A DNA stretch of 44,830 nucleotides from Gammaproteobacteria bacterium (GCA_027021095.1 JALUUZ010000258.1:1-44830); one strand, 5' to 3'; positions 17,380 to 27,964 are shown, counted from the stretch's first letter. Translations and numbers: made by a program. The notes: generated from the letters alone by a model not told the origin.

Positions 17380-20220
17380 GTGGCGGAGTACAAAAAAACG
17401 CTGAATTTACCCAAGACCAAGTTTCCGATGAAGGCGAACCTGGCCCAACGTGAGCCGGAGACCCTGAAAAGGTGGGAGCAGATGGACTTGTATGGCAAGC
17501 TGTGTGCACAGGGCCGGGGCCGGCCGAAGTTTATCCTGCATGACGGCCCGCCTTATGCCAACGGAGAGATTCATATCGGTCATGCCGTCAACAAGATTCT
17601 GAAAGATATCATCGTCAAGTCCAAATGGTTGAGCGGCTTCGACGCACCGTACGTGCCGGGCTGGGATTGTCACGGGTTGCCGATCGAACTGCAGGTAGAA
17701 AAGAAGGTCGGCAAGGTAGGGCGCAAAGTCGATGCCAAGGGCTTTCGTGATGCCTGCCGGGACTATGCGGCCAGGCAAGTGAAGAAGCAGAGCAAGGACT
17801 TTCAGCGACTGGGTGTGTTGGGGGACTGGAAAGATCCTTACCTGACGATGGACTACCAGTTCGAGGCCGATATCATCCGTGCGTTTGGCAAGGTCGTCAG
17901 TAACGGCCATGTCGATCAGGGTTGCAAGCCTGTCTACTGGTGTACTGATTGTCAGTCTGCGCTGGCCGAGGCGGAGGTTGAATACGCCGACCGCACTTCG
18001 CCCGCGATCGATGTGCGTTTCCGGGTACTGGAACCGGAGGCCTTGTTGAGCCGCTGCCATCATGTCGAGGGTAAAACCGGCAGCGGTGAGATTTCGGTGG
18101 TGATCTGGACCACGACGCCGTGGACGCTGCCGGCCAACCAGGCGGTCGCGGTGAACCCGGAGTTCGAATATGCCTTGGTGCAATGCCGGCAGGATGGACA
18201 CGACGAGCGCTTGCTGCTGGCGTCGGCGATGCTCAAAGACAGCATGGGCCGCTACGGTATCGATGATTACCAGGTCGTGGCCTATTGCCCGGGGCAGGCG
18301 CTCGAGGGCATGAAGCTGGCGCATCCGTTCTATCAGCGTGAAGTGCCGGTGATTCTTGGGGAGCATGTCACCCAGGAAGCGGGAACCGGCGCAGTCCATA
18401 CCGCACCGGGCCACGGCCAGGAAGACTACGTAGTGGGCAGCCGCTACGGCCTGCCGGTCGACAACCCGGTCGGCGCCGATGGCCGTTTTCTCGAGGGCAC
18501 TGAACTGTTTGCCGGTGAGTCCGTGTTTACCGCCAATGACAAGGTGATCGAAACATTGCAGGCCAGGGGGGCGCTGGTGCATCACCAGGCTGTTACTCAC
18601 AGTTACCCGCACTGCTGGCGTCACAAGCAGACCCCGATCATCTTTCGGGCGACACCGCAATGGTTTATCAGTATGGCCAAGAACAGCCTGCGTCAAACCG
18701 CGATGGCGGCGGTCGACAAGGTCGAGTGGATGCCGGACTGGGGCAAGGCCCGTATCCAGGGGATGGTCGAGAACCGTCCCGACTGGTGTGTCTCCAGGCA
18801 GCGTACCTGGGGGGTGCCGATCACCTTGTTCGTGCACAAGCAGACTGGCGCGTTGCATCCCCGCACCCCGGAGCTGGTCGAGCAGGTTGCGCAGGCAGTG
18901 GAGAAACAGGGTATCGATGCCTGGTTCGAACTGCGCACGGAGGATCTTCTCGGTGACGAGGCGGCCGACTACGACAAGATCAGCGACACACTGGATGTCT
19001 GGTTCGATTCCGGTGTGACCTACGAGGCGGTGCTGCGCCGGCGTGAGGGATTGACCTTTCCGGCCGACCTGTACCTCGAAGGGTCCGACCAACATCGCGG
19101 CTGGTTTCAATCGTCGCTGCTGACCTCCTGTGCCAACTACGGGCATGCACCTTACAACGCGGTGCTGACCCATGGTTTTACCGTTGACAAGGACGGCAAG
19201 AAAATGTCGAAGTCCGAGGGCAACGTGGTGGCGCCACAGGATGTGACCAAGACCTATGGCGCGGATATCCTGCGATTGTGGGTTGCGGCAACCGACTATC
19301 GTACCGAGATGCGGGTTTCAGATGAGATCATCAAGCGCATTGCCGACGCCTACCGGCGTATCCGCAATACCGCCAAGTACCTGCTGTCCAATCTCAGCGA
19401 TTTCGACCCGCAGCAGCACCTGCTCGAACCCGGTGCGATGCTGCCGCTGGATCGCTGGGCCGTGGCCACGGCTTACCGCCTGCAGCAGCAGGTGCTGGCG
19501 GCCTACGAACGTTATGAGTTTCATACCCTGTATCACCGGATTCATAACTTCTGTTCGGTGGAAATGGGGGGGTTCTACCTCGATATCATCAAGGACCGGC
19601 AGTACACCATGCCGCAGGACAGTGCCGGCAGGCGTTCGGCACAGACGGCGATCTATCATATCGTCAGCGCGATGGCCTGCTGGCTGGCGCCGGTGTTGAG
19701 CTTTACTGCCGACGAGATCTGGCGTTACCTGCCGGGTGAACGCAAGGAGTCGGTGCTGCTGGCGGAGTGGTATACGCAGCTGTTCGATCTCGATGAGCAA
19801 GAGGAGATGAATTTCGCCTTCTGGCAGCAGGTGATCGAGGTGCGGGACGCGTTTCTCAAGGAGATGGAAAAGCTGCGCAACCAGGAGCAGGCCGGTTCTT
19901 CGCTTGCCGTCGACGCCGATCTGTATTGCGGCCAGGAAATCTATCAGCAGCTGCAGAAGCTTGGTGATGAACTGCGCTTTATCTTGATCAGTGCATCGGC
20001 GCGCGTATTGCGTGATACCGACAAGACTCCCGGTGCGGTGCATTATACCCTGTCGACGAACGATGAGCTCTGGATCAGCCTGCGGCCGTCGCCGCACCGC
20101 AAATGTGAGCGCTGCTGGCACTTTCGCGAAGACGTCGGGACCGATGCAACGCATCCGGACTTATGCGGCCGGTGTGTGCAGAATATCGACGGTGCAGGGG
20201 AGGCACGGTGTTATGCCTGA
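17380..20220 (+). CDS. ileS: Isoleucine--tRNA ligase
   Basis: 946 aa. HIGH ([14 protein letters not shown]) and KMSKS motifs, plus a C-terminal CxxC...CxxC zinc knuckle. GTG start. Confidence 0.98.
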   Translation: MAEYKKTLNLPKTKFPMKANLAQREPETLKRWEQMDLYGKLCAQGRGRPKFILHDGPPYANGEIHIGHAVNKILKDIIVKSKWLSGFDAPYVPGWDCHGLPIELQVEKKVGKVGRKVDAKGFRDACRDYAARQVKKQSKDFQRLGVLGDWKDPYLTMDYQFEADIIRAFGKVVSNGHVDQGCKPVYWCTDCQSALAEAEVEYADRTSPAIDVRFRVLEPEALLSRCHHVEGKTGSGEISVVIWTTTPWTLPANQAVAVNPEFEYALVQCRQDGHDERLLLASAMLKDSMGRYGIDDYQVVAYCPGQALEGMKLAHPFYQREVPVILGEHVTQEAGTGAVHTAPGHGQEDYVVGSRYGLPVDNPVGADGRFLEGTELFAGESVFTANDKVIETLQARGALVHHQAVTHSYPHCWRHKQTPIIFRATPQWFISMAKNSLRQTAMAAVDKVEWMPDWGKARIQGMVENRPDWCVSRQRTWGVPITLFVHKQTGALHPRTPELVEQVAQAVEKQGIDAWFELRTEDLLGDEAADYDKISDTLDVWFDSGVTYEAVLRRREGLTFPADLYLEGSDQHRGWFQSSLLTSCANYGHAPYNAVLTHGFTVDKDGKKMSKSEGNVVAPQDVTKTYGADILRLWVAATDYRTEMRVSDEIIKRIADAYRRIRNTAKYLLSNLSDFDPQQHLLEPGAMLPLDRWAVATAYRLQQQVLAAYERYEFHTLYHRIHNFCSVEMGGFYLDIIKDRQYTMPQDSAGRRSAQTAIYHIVSAMACWLAPVLSFTADEIWRYLPGERKESVLLAEWYTQLFDLDEQEEMNFAFWQQVIEVRDAFLKEMEKLRNQEQAGSSLAVDADLYCGQEIYQQLQKLGDELRFILISASARVLRDTDKTPGAVHYTLSTNDELWISLRPSPHRKCERCWHFREDVGTDATHPDLCGRCVQNIDGAGEARCYA

Positions 20221-20283
20221 ACAGCGGTGCGGAAAGTCAGGCAGGTTTTGCTGGCAGGATGCAGCAGGCGCAGGTGGTGACCT

Positions 20284-20799
20284 ATGTTGAAATGGTTATG
20301 GTTGTCGCTGCTTATCATCATTGCCGATCAGCTCAGCAAGTACTGGGTGGTGACAAACTTGAAACTCGGCCAGAAACTGACGCTGTTGCCGTTCCTGGAG
20401 CTTACTTATACGCACAATCCCGGGGTCGCGTTTGGTATGGGGCAGGACGGCGGCTGGTGGGCCGGGATCGCCTTTCTGGGGATTCCTGTCGTCGTCGCCA
20501 TCATAATCCTGAACTGGCTGCGCAAGCTGGAGCCCGAGGAAAAGTGGCTGGCCGTCGGGCTGAGCATGGTGCTCGGTGGTGCCGGGGGAAACATCATCGA
20601 CCGTGTCATGCATACCGATGACATCAAGCGTGGTGTGGTCGACTTCATTCATGTGTATATCGGTTCGAATGATTATTTTCCGTGGATTTTCAACATCGCC
20701 GACGCAATGATCTCCATCGGCGTGGTGCTGATCCTGTTCTACGAGATCTTTCTGCGCCGTAAACATACCCAGCGTGACGAGAATGAACCAGGCAATTGA
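20284..20799 (+). CDS. lspA: Lipoprotein signal peptidase (signal peptidase II)
   Basis: 171 aa, 4 TM segments, ADQLSKYWV and NIADAMISIGV motifs. Conserved position after ileS. Confidence 0.95.
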   Translation: MLKWLWLSLLIIIADQLSKYWVVTNLKLGQKLTLLPFLELTYTHNPGVAFGMGQDGGWWAGIAFLGIPVVVAIIILNWLRKLEPEEKWLAVGLSMVLGGAGGNIIDRVMHTDDIKRGVVDFIHVYIGSNDYFPWIFNIADAMISIGVVLILFYEIFLRRKHTQRDENEPGN

Positions 20800-21235
20800 G
20801 ATCTGTGAAGGAATGCGAGTGGTGCTGCACTACCGTATTACGCTCGAGAACGGCACAGTGGTCGAATCGACGTTCGAGGACCAGCCGATTGAATTCGTCA
20901 TCGGTGACGGCACCCTGCACAGCGGGGTCGAACTGGCCTTGTTCGGCAAGGTCAAGGGTGAAAAGGAAAAGATCCGTATCGGTCCTGAGATTGCTTATGG
21001 TTATCCGGACGAAGACGCGATTCATATCATGCCGAAGTCGGATTTTCCGGCTACGATGCAGTTGCAGCCGGGCATGCTGGTCAGCTTTACAACACCCAGC
21101 GGTGACGAGGCGCCGGGGATGATCGTCGAGGATCTTGGCGATGCCTACAAGGTCGATCTGAATCATCCGCTGGCCGGCCACGAGTTCGAGTTTGAATTCG
21201 AAGTGCTCGATGTCGGCAACGGGGCCGGTACATGA
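20783..21235 (+). CDS. fkpB: FKBP-type peptidyl-prolyl cis-trans isomerase (FkpB/SlpA-like)
   Basis: Colinear by eye with E. coli FkpB ([13 protein letters not shown]..., [20 protein letters not shown]). The start may be ATG 20783 or GTG 20774. Confidence 0.85.
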   Translation: MNQAIEICEGMRVVLHYRITLENGTVVESTFEDQPIEFVIGDGTLHSGVELALFGKVKGEKEKIRIGPEIAYGYPDEDAIHIMPKSDFPATMQLQPGMLVSFTTPSGDEAPGMIVEDLGDAYKVDLNHPLAGHEFEFEFEVLDVGNGAGT

Positions 21236-22176
21236 AGCTGCTGCTTGCCAATCCACGGGGGTTCTGTGCCGGTGTCGATCGTGCGATCGAGATCGTAGAG
21301 CGTGCGTTGGAAGCGTTCGGCAGCCCGATCTATGTCCGTCACGAGGTCGTACACAACCACTATGTCGTCAGTGACCTGAAGCAGAAAGGCGCCGTCTTCG
21401 TCGATGAGCTGGACCAGGTGCCGGATGACAGCATCGTGATTTTCAGTGCACACGGCGTGTCGCAGGCGGTACGCGATGAGGCTGACCGAAGACAGCTGCG
21501 GGTGTTCGATGCGACCTGCCCGCTGGTGACCAAGGTGCACCTGGAAGTGGCTGCGCATGCACGGCGTGGCAATCATGTCGTGCTGATCGGGCATGCCGGG
21601 CACCCGGAGGTCGAAGGCACGATGGGGCAGTACAGGACGCAAGATGCGTCGGCTGGTATCTTTCTGGTCGAAAACGAGCAGGACGTCGACAGGCTGCAGT
21701 TGCCGGCACAGGCAGCGGTTGCTTACGTGACCCAGACCACGCTGTCGGTCGATGACACCACACGCATCATCGACAGGTTGAAAACCCGGTTTCCGGAGAT
21801 CGTCGGCCCGCGCAAGGACGATATCTGTTACGCGACGCAGAACCGCCAGGACACGGTCAAGGCCTTGGCCGGGCAGTGTGACCTGGTGCTGGTGGTCGGC
21901 TCACCGACCAGTTCGAATTCCAGCCGCCTGCGTGAGATCGCTGCGCAGGCCGGAGTGGCGTCGTACTTGATCGATCGCGCGGTGGATATAGACCAACGCT
22001 GGCTGCAGGGAGTCGAGGTGATCGGTCTGACTGCCGGGGCGTCTGCGCCCGAGCTGCTGGTGTCCGAGGTCGTGGCGCATCTGCGTGCCGCCGGAGTCAC
22101 CGAGGTGGTTGAGTACGCCGGTTGCGAAGAGAATATCGTATTCTCCTTACCCAAGGATCTGCAGCGCGCGATTTAA
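21232..22176 (+). CDS. ispH: 4-hydroxy-3-methylbut-2-enyl diphosphate reductase
   Basis: [23 protein letters not shown]..., 314 aa. Start overlaps the fkpB stop (ATGA). Confidence 0.97.
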   Translation: MKLLLANPRGFCAGVDRAIEIVERALEAFGSPIYVRHEVVHNHYVVSDLKQKGAVFVDELDQVPDDSIVIFSAHGVSQAVRDEADRRQLRVFDATCPLVTKVHLEVAAHARRGNHVVLIGHAGHPEVEGTMGQYRTQDASAGIFLVENEQDVDRLQLPAQAAVAYVTQTTLSVDDTTRIIDRLKTRFPEIVGPRKDDICYATQNRQDTVKALAGQCDLVLVVGSPTSSNSSRLREIAAQAGVASYLIDRAVDIDQRWLQGVEVIGLTAGASAPELLVSEVVAHLRAAGVTEVVEYAGCEENIVFSLPKDLQRAI

Positions 22177-22179
22177 GCG

Positions 22180-22782
22180 CTACAGGTCGGTCCAGCCGAT
22201 GATTCCCGTTGGTATTTGTATCCGTTGAATCGCAGACCCGTGGGTTTTCTTGGTGTCATAGGCCCGCTGCGGTTTTTGTGCATAGAGCAGCTGGCTCAGC
22301 GCCAGCGCGCCACCCGGTTTGCTGGTACGGCTGGTTACCAGGAACAGGTCGAGCGCCTGCAGGCCGGGTTTCGTGTGGCCGGTCCCGGCGGTCTGCAACA
22401 CGATCCGGCCAAGGTATTCGACCAGGTAGCGTGAGTGGCTGCCGGCTTGGATGCTGTTGGCATCATTCCAGAAGGTCTCGTCGGTAAGCTTCGTTCGCGG
22501 CAGTGGCGCAGTGCGGCGGCGGTCGTACAGGCCGGCAGAGGTTCGCCAGTCGAAGCGTTGCGGCTGACGCAGGGCCTGTTGCAGCCTGCGGATGGCCAGC
22601 TGGTGCGTCGTTTCATTCTCGGCCAGCGCAACCACCGATGCGCCGAGGTTGGCCGAGATCAGCAGGTGGGTACTGGTCAGTTTGAAACCCAACAAGGTCA
22701 GCAGTGAGAGTGCCGACAGCAGCAGCAAAGTCAGCAGCAGCGCACTGCCCCGTGCAGGGCGAAGCCGCGTTCTATTCGTCAT
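22180..22782 (-). CDS. PilX-like type IV pilus minor pilin (orphan set)
   Basis: The N-terminus RGSALLLTLLLLSALSLLTLLGFKLTS...ISANL resembles the PilX_N domain. Start overlaps the upstream pilW-like stop. Arg-rich and divergent. Confidence 0.6.
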   Translation of the reverse strand: MTNRTRLRPARGSALLLTLLLLSALSLLTLLGFKLTSTHLLISANLGASVVALAENETTHQLAIRRLQQALRQPQRFDWRTSAGLYDRRRTAPLPRTKLTDETFWNDANSIQAGSHSRYLVEYLGRIVLQTAGTGHTKPGLQALDLFLVTSRTSKPGGALALSQLLYAQKPQRAYDTKKTHGSAIQRIQIPTGIIGWTDL

Positions 22783-23719
22783 GTCGTTTTACCCGTTGGT
22801 AGCGGTTTGGCAGAAAGACCGTCGTGCTGAACAGTGTGCGCCGGTACGCGTCGTCGACACTGTACCAGTAGTCACCGAGCCGGTAGGTCTGCCGGCGGTG
22901 GTAAGTCTTGTCAGGGCATTCGCTGCGCACCAGCAACCACAGGCGGATACTGACCACACGGTTCCAGTCGCTGACCGCGCTGGCGTTGCGGTAGCGCAAG
23001 TCGCGTTTTTTGAGTACACCGTACTGGAACTGCAGCTGTTCGATCCCGTCGGCGATGACCCGGTGGCGCAGGCGTCCGTTTGGCGCCATGGTGCGGTCGA
23101 TCAGCACCGGTACCGTCGCCGTGCCACTGCAGGCCGTGGTTTGCGCGTGTGACAGGTAGAAAGTGTGCTGCTGCAGTGCCAGGTCCGGATACCTGGTTTT
23201 CAGCCGGTTGCTTTCGTGCTTGCGCCGGCGCCCGCTGAACAGCCGCGCGCTGGTCAGGGTCGAGCGAAGATAAAGCCGGTTGGCCGCATAGCCGTTCCCG
23301 GTTCGATGGCGGGCGTAACGCACAGTGACCAGGTCGCCGGTGGCGTAGGGGTAGCTGGCGGCAGACGCTGCCGGGCAACGGCGAGATGGTGTGTCCTGGT
23401 CGATCCCGGTGACAGCCAGGCGCAGTGTCTGGCCTGGCTGCCCATCGATGCATCGGCTGCCGCTGCTGTGCTTGCCTGCGGTGCCCAGTACCGGTCCTGT
23501 GCCGGCATAGTAGCCAAGGTAGCCGGCACGGCGCAGGTGGCGCAGCAGCGACAGCATGGCGAGCTGTCCGTTGTCGTGCAACCCGGTGATCTGTTGCAGG
23601 CGTTTGAAATGCCGGGTGGCACCCAGGTAGGTATACCCGGCCAGCGTCGCCACCAGTGTTCCAAGCACGGCTGCCAGCATAAATTCAACCAGTGAATAGC
23701 CTCGTTGCTCAGCGTGCAT
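22772..23719 (-). CDS. PilW-like type IV pilus minor pilin (orphan set)
   Basis: N-terminal prepilin-type motif QRG/YSLVEFMLAAVLGTLV with Glu at +5. 315 aa. Translationally coupled on both sides. Confidence 0.65.
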   Translation of the reverse strand: MHAEQRGYSLVEFMLAAVLGTLVATLAGYTYLGATRHFKRLQQITGLHDNGQLAMLSLLRHLRRAGYLGYYAGTGPVLGTAGKHSSGSRCIDGQPGQTLRLAVTGIDQDTPSRRCPAASAASYPYATGDLVTVRYARHRTGNGYAANRLYLRSTLTSARLFSGRRRKHESNRLKTRYPDLALQQHTFYLSHAQTTACSGTATVPVLIDRTMAPNGRLRHRVIADGIEQLQFQYGVLKKRDLRYRNASAVSDWNRVVSIRLWLLVRSECPDKTYHRRQTYRLGDYWYSVDDAYRRTLFSTTVFLPNRYQRVKRHDE

Positions 23720-24167
23720 GCCGTTTCTCCGGCTGAATCGTTTCCAGGTAGTAGCAGCCGGAGCCGAAGCTGCTGTGACTGAGGTGACTGCGGGTAGCCC
23801 TGGGGTTGTGTTGCTGCTGCGCGGCCAGGCACAGCGGATCTATGTTGCCGTACCTGGTTCCCGTAGTGTTCCAGCGTACCAGGATTCGCGTGACCAGGCG
23901 CCTGTTCTGCTTGTGGCCGGCCAGCCTGACGCTGAACCGTTCAGGCCCGGGCTGCCGGTTGCGCCGGGTGGCTGCCGGCAGGTATAACGCCTCGTGTGCC
24001 GACCAGGCAAGTAAGACTGCGCGGGTTCGGTCCAATGCCGTTCTGCTCAAGTGGAGTGTATGCTGGTTGGTGGCAGTGACCATGCCGGCAGTGATGGCAA
24101 GTACGGTCATCGCTACCAGGTTCTCGATATAAGTAAAACCTGTGTCTTTCACGCTAGCATCTCTCAT
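23709..24167 (-). CDS. PilV-like prepilin-type minor pilin (orphan set)
   Basis: KDTG/FTYIENLVAMTVLAITAG prepilin cleavage/methylation motif. An alternative GTG start at 24152 would give the short leader MKDTG. Confidence 0.6.
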   Translation of the reverse strand: MRDASVKDTGFTYIENLVAMTVLAITAGMVTATNQHTLHLSRTALDRTRAVLLAWSAHEALYLPAATRRNRQPGPERFSVRLAGHKQNRRLVTRILVRWNTTGTRYGNIDPLCLAAQQQHNPRATRSHLSHSSFGSGCYYLETIQPEKRHAR

Positions 24168-24295
24168 CCTAAACCTGATATTATTGCGGTAGCACGCTTA
24201 TCTTTGTGTACTTGCCTGGCGAATGCAACGGGCGGTTGCCCGGAATTGGACGAGGTTTTTTTCTATGTTCCCAAGCGGGCCCCGGAAGAGTTGAA

Positions 24296-25414
24296 ATGAA
24301 AAATGGATTGAAACACGACTGTATCGTAGTGGGGGCGGGGTTGTTGGGGATGTTTACCGCGCGCGAGTTGGCGTCTGCGGGTCTTGCTGTACTGCTCGTC
24401 GACCGCCAGCAGTGTGGGCAGGAGTCCTCCTGGGCAGGTGGTGGAATCCTGTCGCCACTCTACCCGTGGCGCTATCCGGAACCGGTGACGCGGCTGGCTG
24501 CCTGGAGCCAGTGCCATTACCAGGAGATCGCGGCCTCATTGACGGAACGCACCGGCATCGACCCGCAATGGCGCCGCAGCGGAATGTTGCTGGTGGACTT
24601 GGAAGACGAGCTGGAGGCGGAGTCCTGGGCAAAACAGTATGCGATCACGATGCAGCCGTTGATGGCAGAGGCGTTGCGCCAATACGAACCGACCTTGAGC
24701 AGACGCTGTCAGCGTGCGGTGTTTTTCCCTGATGTGGCACAGGTACGTAATCCGCGCCTGATCAAGGCGTTGCGCAAGGAACTCGATCTGCTGGGTGTGC
24801 AGGTGCTGGAACAGGTCGAGGTCTCCGGCCTGCAACTCACCACGGCCGGTGGGCGCCAGCAGGTGCAGGGAGTCGAGGCCGGGCATGCAAGCTATACGGC
24901 GGAGAAAGTCGTGGTCTGTGGTGGTGCCTGGACCCAGCAGATCCTGTCCGGGCTGAATCTGCGCATCGGAATCAAGCCTGTACGCGGCCAGATGGTCATG
25001 TTCAAAGCACATCCGGATCTGGTCAGGCATATCATTCTGGTCGAAGACTGTTACCTGATCCCGCGCCAGGATGGCCGGATCCTGGCCGGCAGTACGCTGG
25101 AACAGGCTGGTTTCGACAAGACGCCGACAGAACAGGCGGAGAAGGTGCTGGTTCGCCACGCGCTCGAACTGGTGCCGGCATTGTCAGACTTTCCGCTCGA
25201 GGCACACTGGGCCGGGCTGCGCCCGGGGACAGACAACAACGGTATCCCGTATATCAGCGCCGTCGAGTCAGTTTCAGGGCTGTATGTCAACACCGGGCAT
25301 TTTCGCAACGGCGTCGTGCTTGCACCGGCCTCGGCACGGCTGTTGGCAGACATCATGCTCGGGCGCCCGCCGATCGTGGAACCGGATTTGTACCGCATCC
25401 CGGAAAACCCTTGA
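24296..25414 (+). CDS. thiO: FAD-dependent glycine oxidase ThiO / D-amino-acid-oxidase family
   Basis: DCIVVGAGLLGMFTARELA dinucleotide-binding motif and TGHFRNGVVLAPASARLLADI typical of ThiO. ATG at 24296 chosen; the ORF-track start at 24206 is an extension. Confidence 0.75.
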   Translation: MKNGLKHDCIVVGAGLLGMFTARELASAGLAVLLVDRQQCGQESSWAGGGILSPLYPWRYPEPVTRLAAWSQCHYQEIAASLTERTGIDPQWRRSGMLLVDLEDELEAESWAKQYAITMQPLMAEALRQYEPTLSRRCQRAVFFPDVAQVRNPRLIKALRKELDLLGVQVLEQVEVSGLQLTTAGGRQQVQGVEAGHASYTAEKVVVCGGAWTQQILSGLNLRIGIKPVRGQMVMFKAHPDLVRHIILVEDCYLIPRQDGRILAGSTLEQAGFDKTPTEQAEKVLVRHALELVPALSDFPLEAHWAGLRPGTDNNGIPYISAVESVSGLYVNTGHFRNGVVLAPASARLLADIMLGRPPIVEPDLYRIPENP

Positions 25415-25423
25415 AAACCGCCG

Positions 25424-25762
25424 GCCCGCATTGCCGGCCGTCGTTCGTCGCGAAAGCCAGCCAGGGCGTGCCAGGCGCACCAATAACACGACAAAGCGCA
25501 GGGTATTACGTAGCTATTCTTTTGAGCCTGGTACATCGGGCCCGGCGAAAGCCGGCTGGACCACGCCAGTGCGCTGCCGGTGTGAGCCCGGGTCCGGGAA
25601 CATGATGTTAACCCATTGAATTTCATTGATAATGTCCACCAGGCTTAGGTGGACGACACGCACGCATGGCCGGCATGATGCCGGACATATCGACCGAGCG
25701 AAAGCCAGCCAAGGCGTGCCATCGCGCCGTCGCAGTAGAAGGGTGATGAGAATTGCAGGCTA
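25424..25762. repeat. Compound REP/MITE-like locus (two modules)
   Basis: GGCCCGCATTGCCGGCCGTCGTTCGTCGCGAAAGCCAGCCAGGGCGTGCCAGGCGCACC (25424-25482). CGACCGAGCGAAAGCCAGCCAAGGCGTGCCATCGCGCCGTCGCAGTAGAAGGGTGATGAGAATTGCAGGCTA (25691-25762) is the reverse complement of 8872-8942. Confidence 0.7.
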
Positions 25763-25799
25763 GACTTTGTCCAGACTCTCGACATATACTGTCAAGTAT

Positions 25800-26249
25800 A
25801 TGAATAGTTTGCGCACTGAATACCCTTTGACCAAGGATAAAATCATCCAGATGCTGTTGGCACACAATATTCAGCCAACCCAGCAGCGGGTACTGGTGGC
25901 CGAGGTCCTGTTTTCCAAGCCGCAGCATCTTTCGGCTGATCAGATCAAGGCCAGGATCAATCACCCGGCCGGTGGCGGGCCGAATACAAAGGTATCGAAA
26001 GCAACGGTGTACAACACGCTTGGCCTGTTTGCACAGAAAGGCCTGGTCAACGAGGTAATCGTCGATCCGAGCCGCGTATTCTATGACTCCAACACGACCC
26101 CCCACTACCATCGCTACAATATCGATACTGGTGCGCTGGAAGACATTGAAAGCGACCAGCTGCAGATCAGCTGCCTGCCCGAGCTGCCGGACGATGTCGA
26201 AGTGGCCGGTGTCGATGTGATCGTGCGTGTCCGAGGCAGGCGGAACTGA
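25800..26249 (+). CDS. Fur-family transcriptional regulator, Irr-like (no CxxC zinc sites)
   Basis: Winged-helix region VSKATVYNTLGLFAQKGLV and FYDSNTTPHYHRY resemble Fur/Irr proteins. There is only one Cys in the protein. The start may be ATG 25800 or TTG 25767. Confidence 0.7.
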   Translation: MNSLRTEYPLTKDKIIQMLLAHNIQPTQQRVLVAEVLFSKPQHLSADQIKARINHPAGGGPNTKVSKATVYNTLGLFAQKGLVNEVIVDPSRVFYDSNTTPHYHRYNIDTGALEDIESDQLQISCLPELPDDVEVAGVDVIVRVRGRRN

Positions 26250-26392
26250 CCACTTTGTCCGCAGTTTCAATATTTCACTGATTCAATATATACTTTCGGC
26301 ATGTTTTCGCCGTTTTTGGCGCACAGGTTTCACTGCGGCGTTGGCCGGGCAGTGAATAGTTCAACAAGGATAAACAAGGATAGAAGACCAAG

Positions 26393-27205
26393 ATGTTACC
26401 TGAAGGTGTAGAAGTCCGGCAGATGCAGGAAACCGACCTGGAGGCGGTGCTGGCACTGATCGAGGAAATCGATGAAGACGATGCAGAGGAGGCGGAATAC
26501 AGTTATCAGAGCTACGGCCTCGACAACCAGTTCGTGCTGACTGAGAATGAACAGGTAATCGGCGTGACCGGTTATCGTGAGGCCAGCGGGACCGACAACA
26601 CCTGTTGGTTGTCCTGGACCTACCTGGCGACAGACAGGCAGGGCAAAGGCTATGGCACACAGATCCTGGATTCGCTGCTTGAACACCTGGCCTCGAACGG
26701 TGTACGCAAGGTGTTTGTATCGACCAGTGACTACCAGGACGAAGAAGACGGCGACGTGTATGCCGCAGCACGAAAAATGTACGAAGGCGTAGGGTTTCGC
26801 CAGGAAGTCCGCCATCCGAATTACTATGAGGAGGGCGAAACCCAGTTGATCTACGGCCTGCGTTTGATCGAGGAGCTCGACCAGAAGCCTGTGGAGGAAG
26901 ATACGAGCATCGTCAGCCTCGAAGGAATCGACGAAATCGACGAGACTGAGGACGCTTATTTTATCGACTGGAAGCCCAAACGCATGGCCTTGTTCGGCAA
27001 CAAGAAGCAGTTTGACCGCAGGGAAGTCGACGAAGTGATCGCCCATGCGCGCGATTGCGGGGCGCGGGTGCTGTTTGTTTCCTTTCCTTCCAACATGAAA
27101 ACGGTCGTGCAGCCGTTGACGATGGCCGGGTTTTTCGAGGAAGGCCGTTTACGGGATTATTACAGGGATGGGGTTGACGAAGTGCATTACAGGATGAACT
27201 TCTGA
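26393..27205 (+). CDS. GNAT-family N-acetyltransferase with a C-terminal extra (degenerate GNAT-like) domain
   Basis: RQGKGYGTQILDSLLEHL acetyl-CoA pocket motif and ...YEGVGFRQ. The second half ends in a GNAT-like ...EEGRLRDYYRDGVDEVHYRM. Confidence 0.8.
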   Translation: MLPEGVEVRQMQETDLEAVLALIEEIDEDDAEEAEYSYQSYGLDNQFVLTENEQVIGVTGYREASGTDNTCWLSWTYLATDRQGKGYGTQILDSLLEHLASNGVRKVFVSTSDYQDEEDGDVYAAARKMYEGVGFRQEVRHPNYYEEGETQLIYGLRLIEELDQKPVEEDTSIVSLEGIDEIDETEDAYFIDWKPKRMALFGNKKQFDRREVDEVIAHARDCGARVLFVSFPSNMKTVVQPLTMAGFFEEGRLRDYYRDGVDEVHYRMNF

Positions 27206-27259
27206 TACGCGTCCACAGATCAAGCGGATTTTACCGAGCAGCTCATAGTGGAGGTTACC

Positions 27260-27895
27260 ATGCTCAGATTGAAGATATTGTTGGCAGCGCTGTCGTTGGT
27301 GGTCGTAGCCGGGTGCGGCGGCCCCCGTGTCGATGTGATCGACTTGAACAAGGTGCTCAGCGTGATGACGGCGACGCTGGACAAGATGAAGAAGGAACAT
27401 GGCAACAAGACGATCGACCAGAACGACCCTATCGCCAAGCAGAAGTTCATGAAGGAATTCAATACCCGGTTCGCCAAGGACCTGAACGCGGCCAAGATGA
27501 TCAGCAAGCCGATCGGTACGCGGATCGAGGCGGACGGCTCGGTACTGGGTTTTACCGATACCAACAAGAACATGGTCAGGGACTATGGTGACAGGCCGAT
27601 CTTCAAGATCGAGATCGATATCGCACGTAACCGCCTGATCGCTACAGACCTGCAGTATGGTTACCGGCGCGATTCCCATTTCAGCGGCATGAGCGGCCTG
27701 GTGACCGGGATGATCATCGGCAGCCTGCTGAGCCGGCAGCGTTCGTTTGGGATCACCGGGTCGCGTTTTTCCAATATGCGGATGAGCCCGCGCAATTATC
27801 ACTCCAGCGCGGTTTCCCGGGCCAAGTCGATTGCGCGTGCCAGGGCCAGGGCAAGATCGCGCAGCCGCTCAGGCAGTTTTTCGCGCGGTAAATAG
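27260..27895 (+). CDS. Hypothetical lipoprotein
   Basis: Lipobox LVVVAGC after MLRLKILLAALS. GTGGAGG RBS (27248-27254). C-terminal hydrophobic segment and an RARARARSRSRSGS low-complexity tail. Confidence 0.6.
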   Translation: MLRLKILLAALSLVVVAGCGGPRVDVIDLNKVLSVMTATLDKMKKEHGNKTIDQNDPIAKQKFMKEFNTRFAKDLNAAKMISKPIGTRIEADGSVLGFTDTNKNMVRDYGDRPIFKIEIDIARNRLIATDLQYGYRRDSHFSGMSGLVTGMIIGSLLSRQRSFGITGSRFSNMRMSPRNYHSSAVSRAKSIARARARARSRSRSGSFSRGK

Positions 27896-27964
27896 GTGAA
27901 ACGGTGCGTTCTGGTTTGCCGGCGCCCTGATGAGCGGTAGTGCCGATGAGCCTTTCTTGCACCG

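Noticed and set aside
17407-19173. 588-aa minus-strand ORF (and 19318-20154) antisense to ileS
   Set aside because: ileS is certain (HIGH/KMSKS motifs). The antisense ORFs have no recognisable motifs.
25610-25640. Fur box (CATTGAATTTCATTGATAATG) upstream of the Fur-like gene
   Set aside because: It matches only about 9 of 19 positions of the GATAATGATAATCATTATC consensus in my alignment. That is too weak to call.
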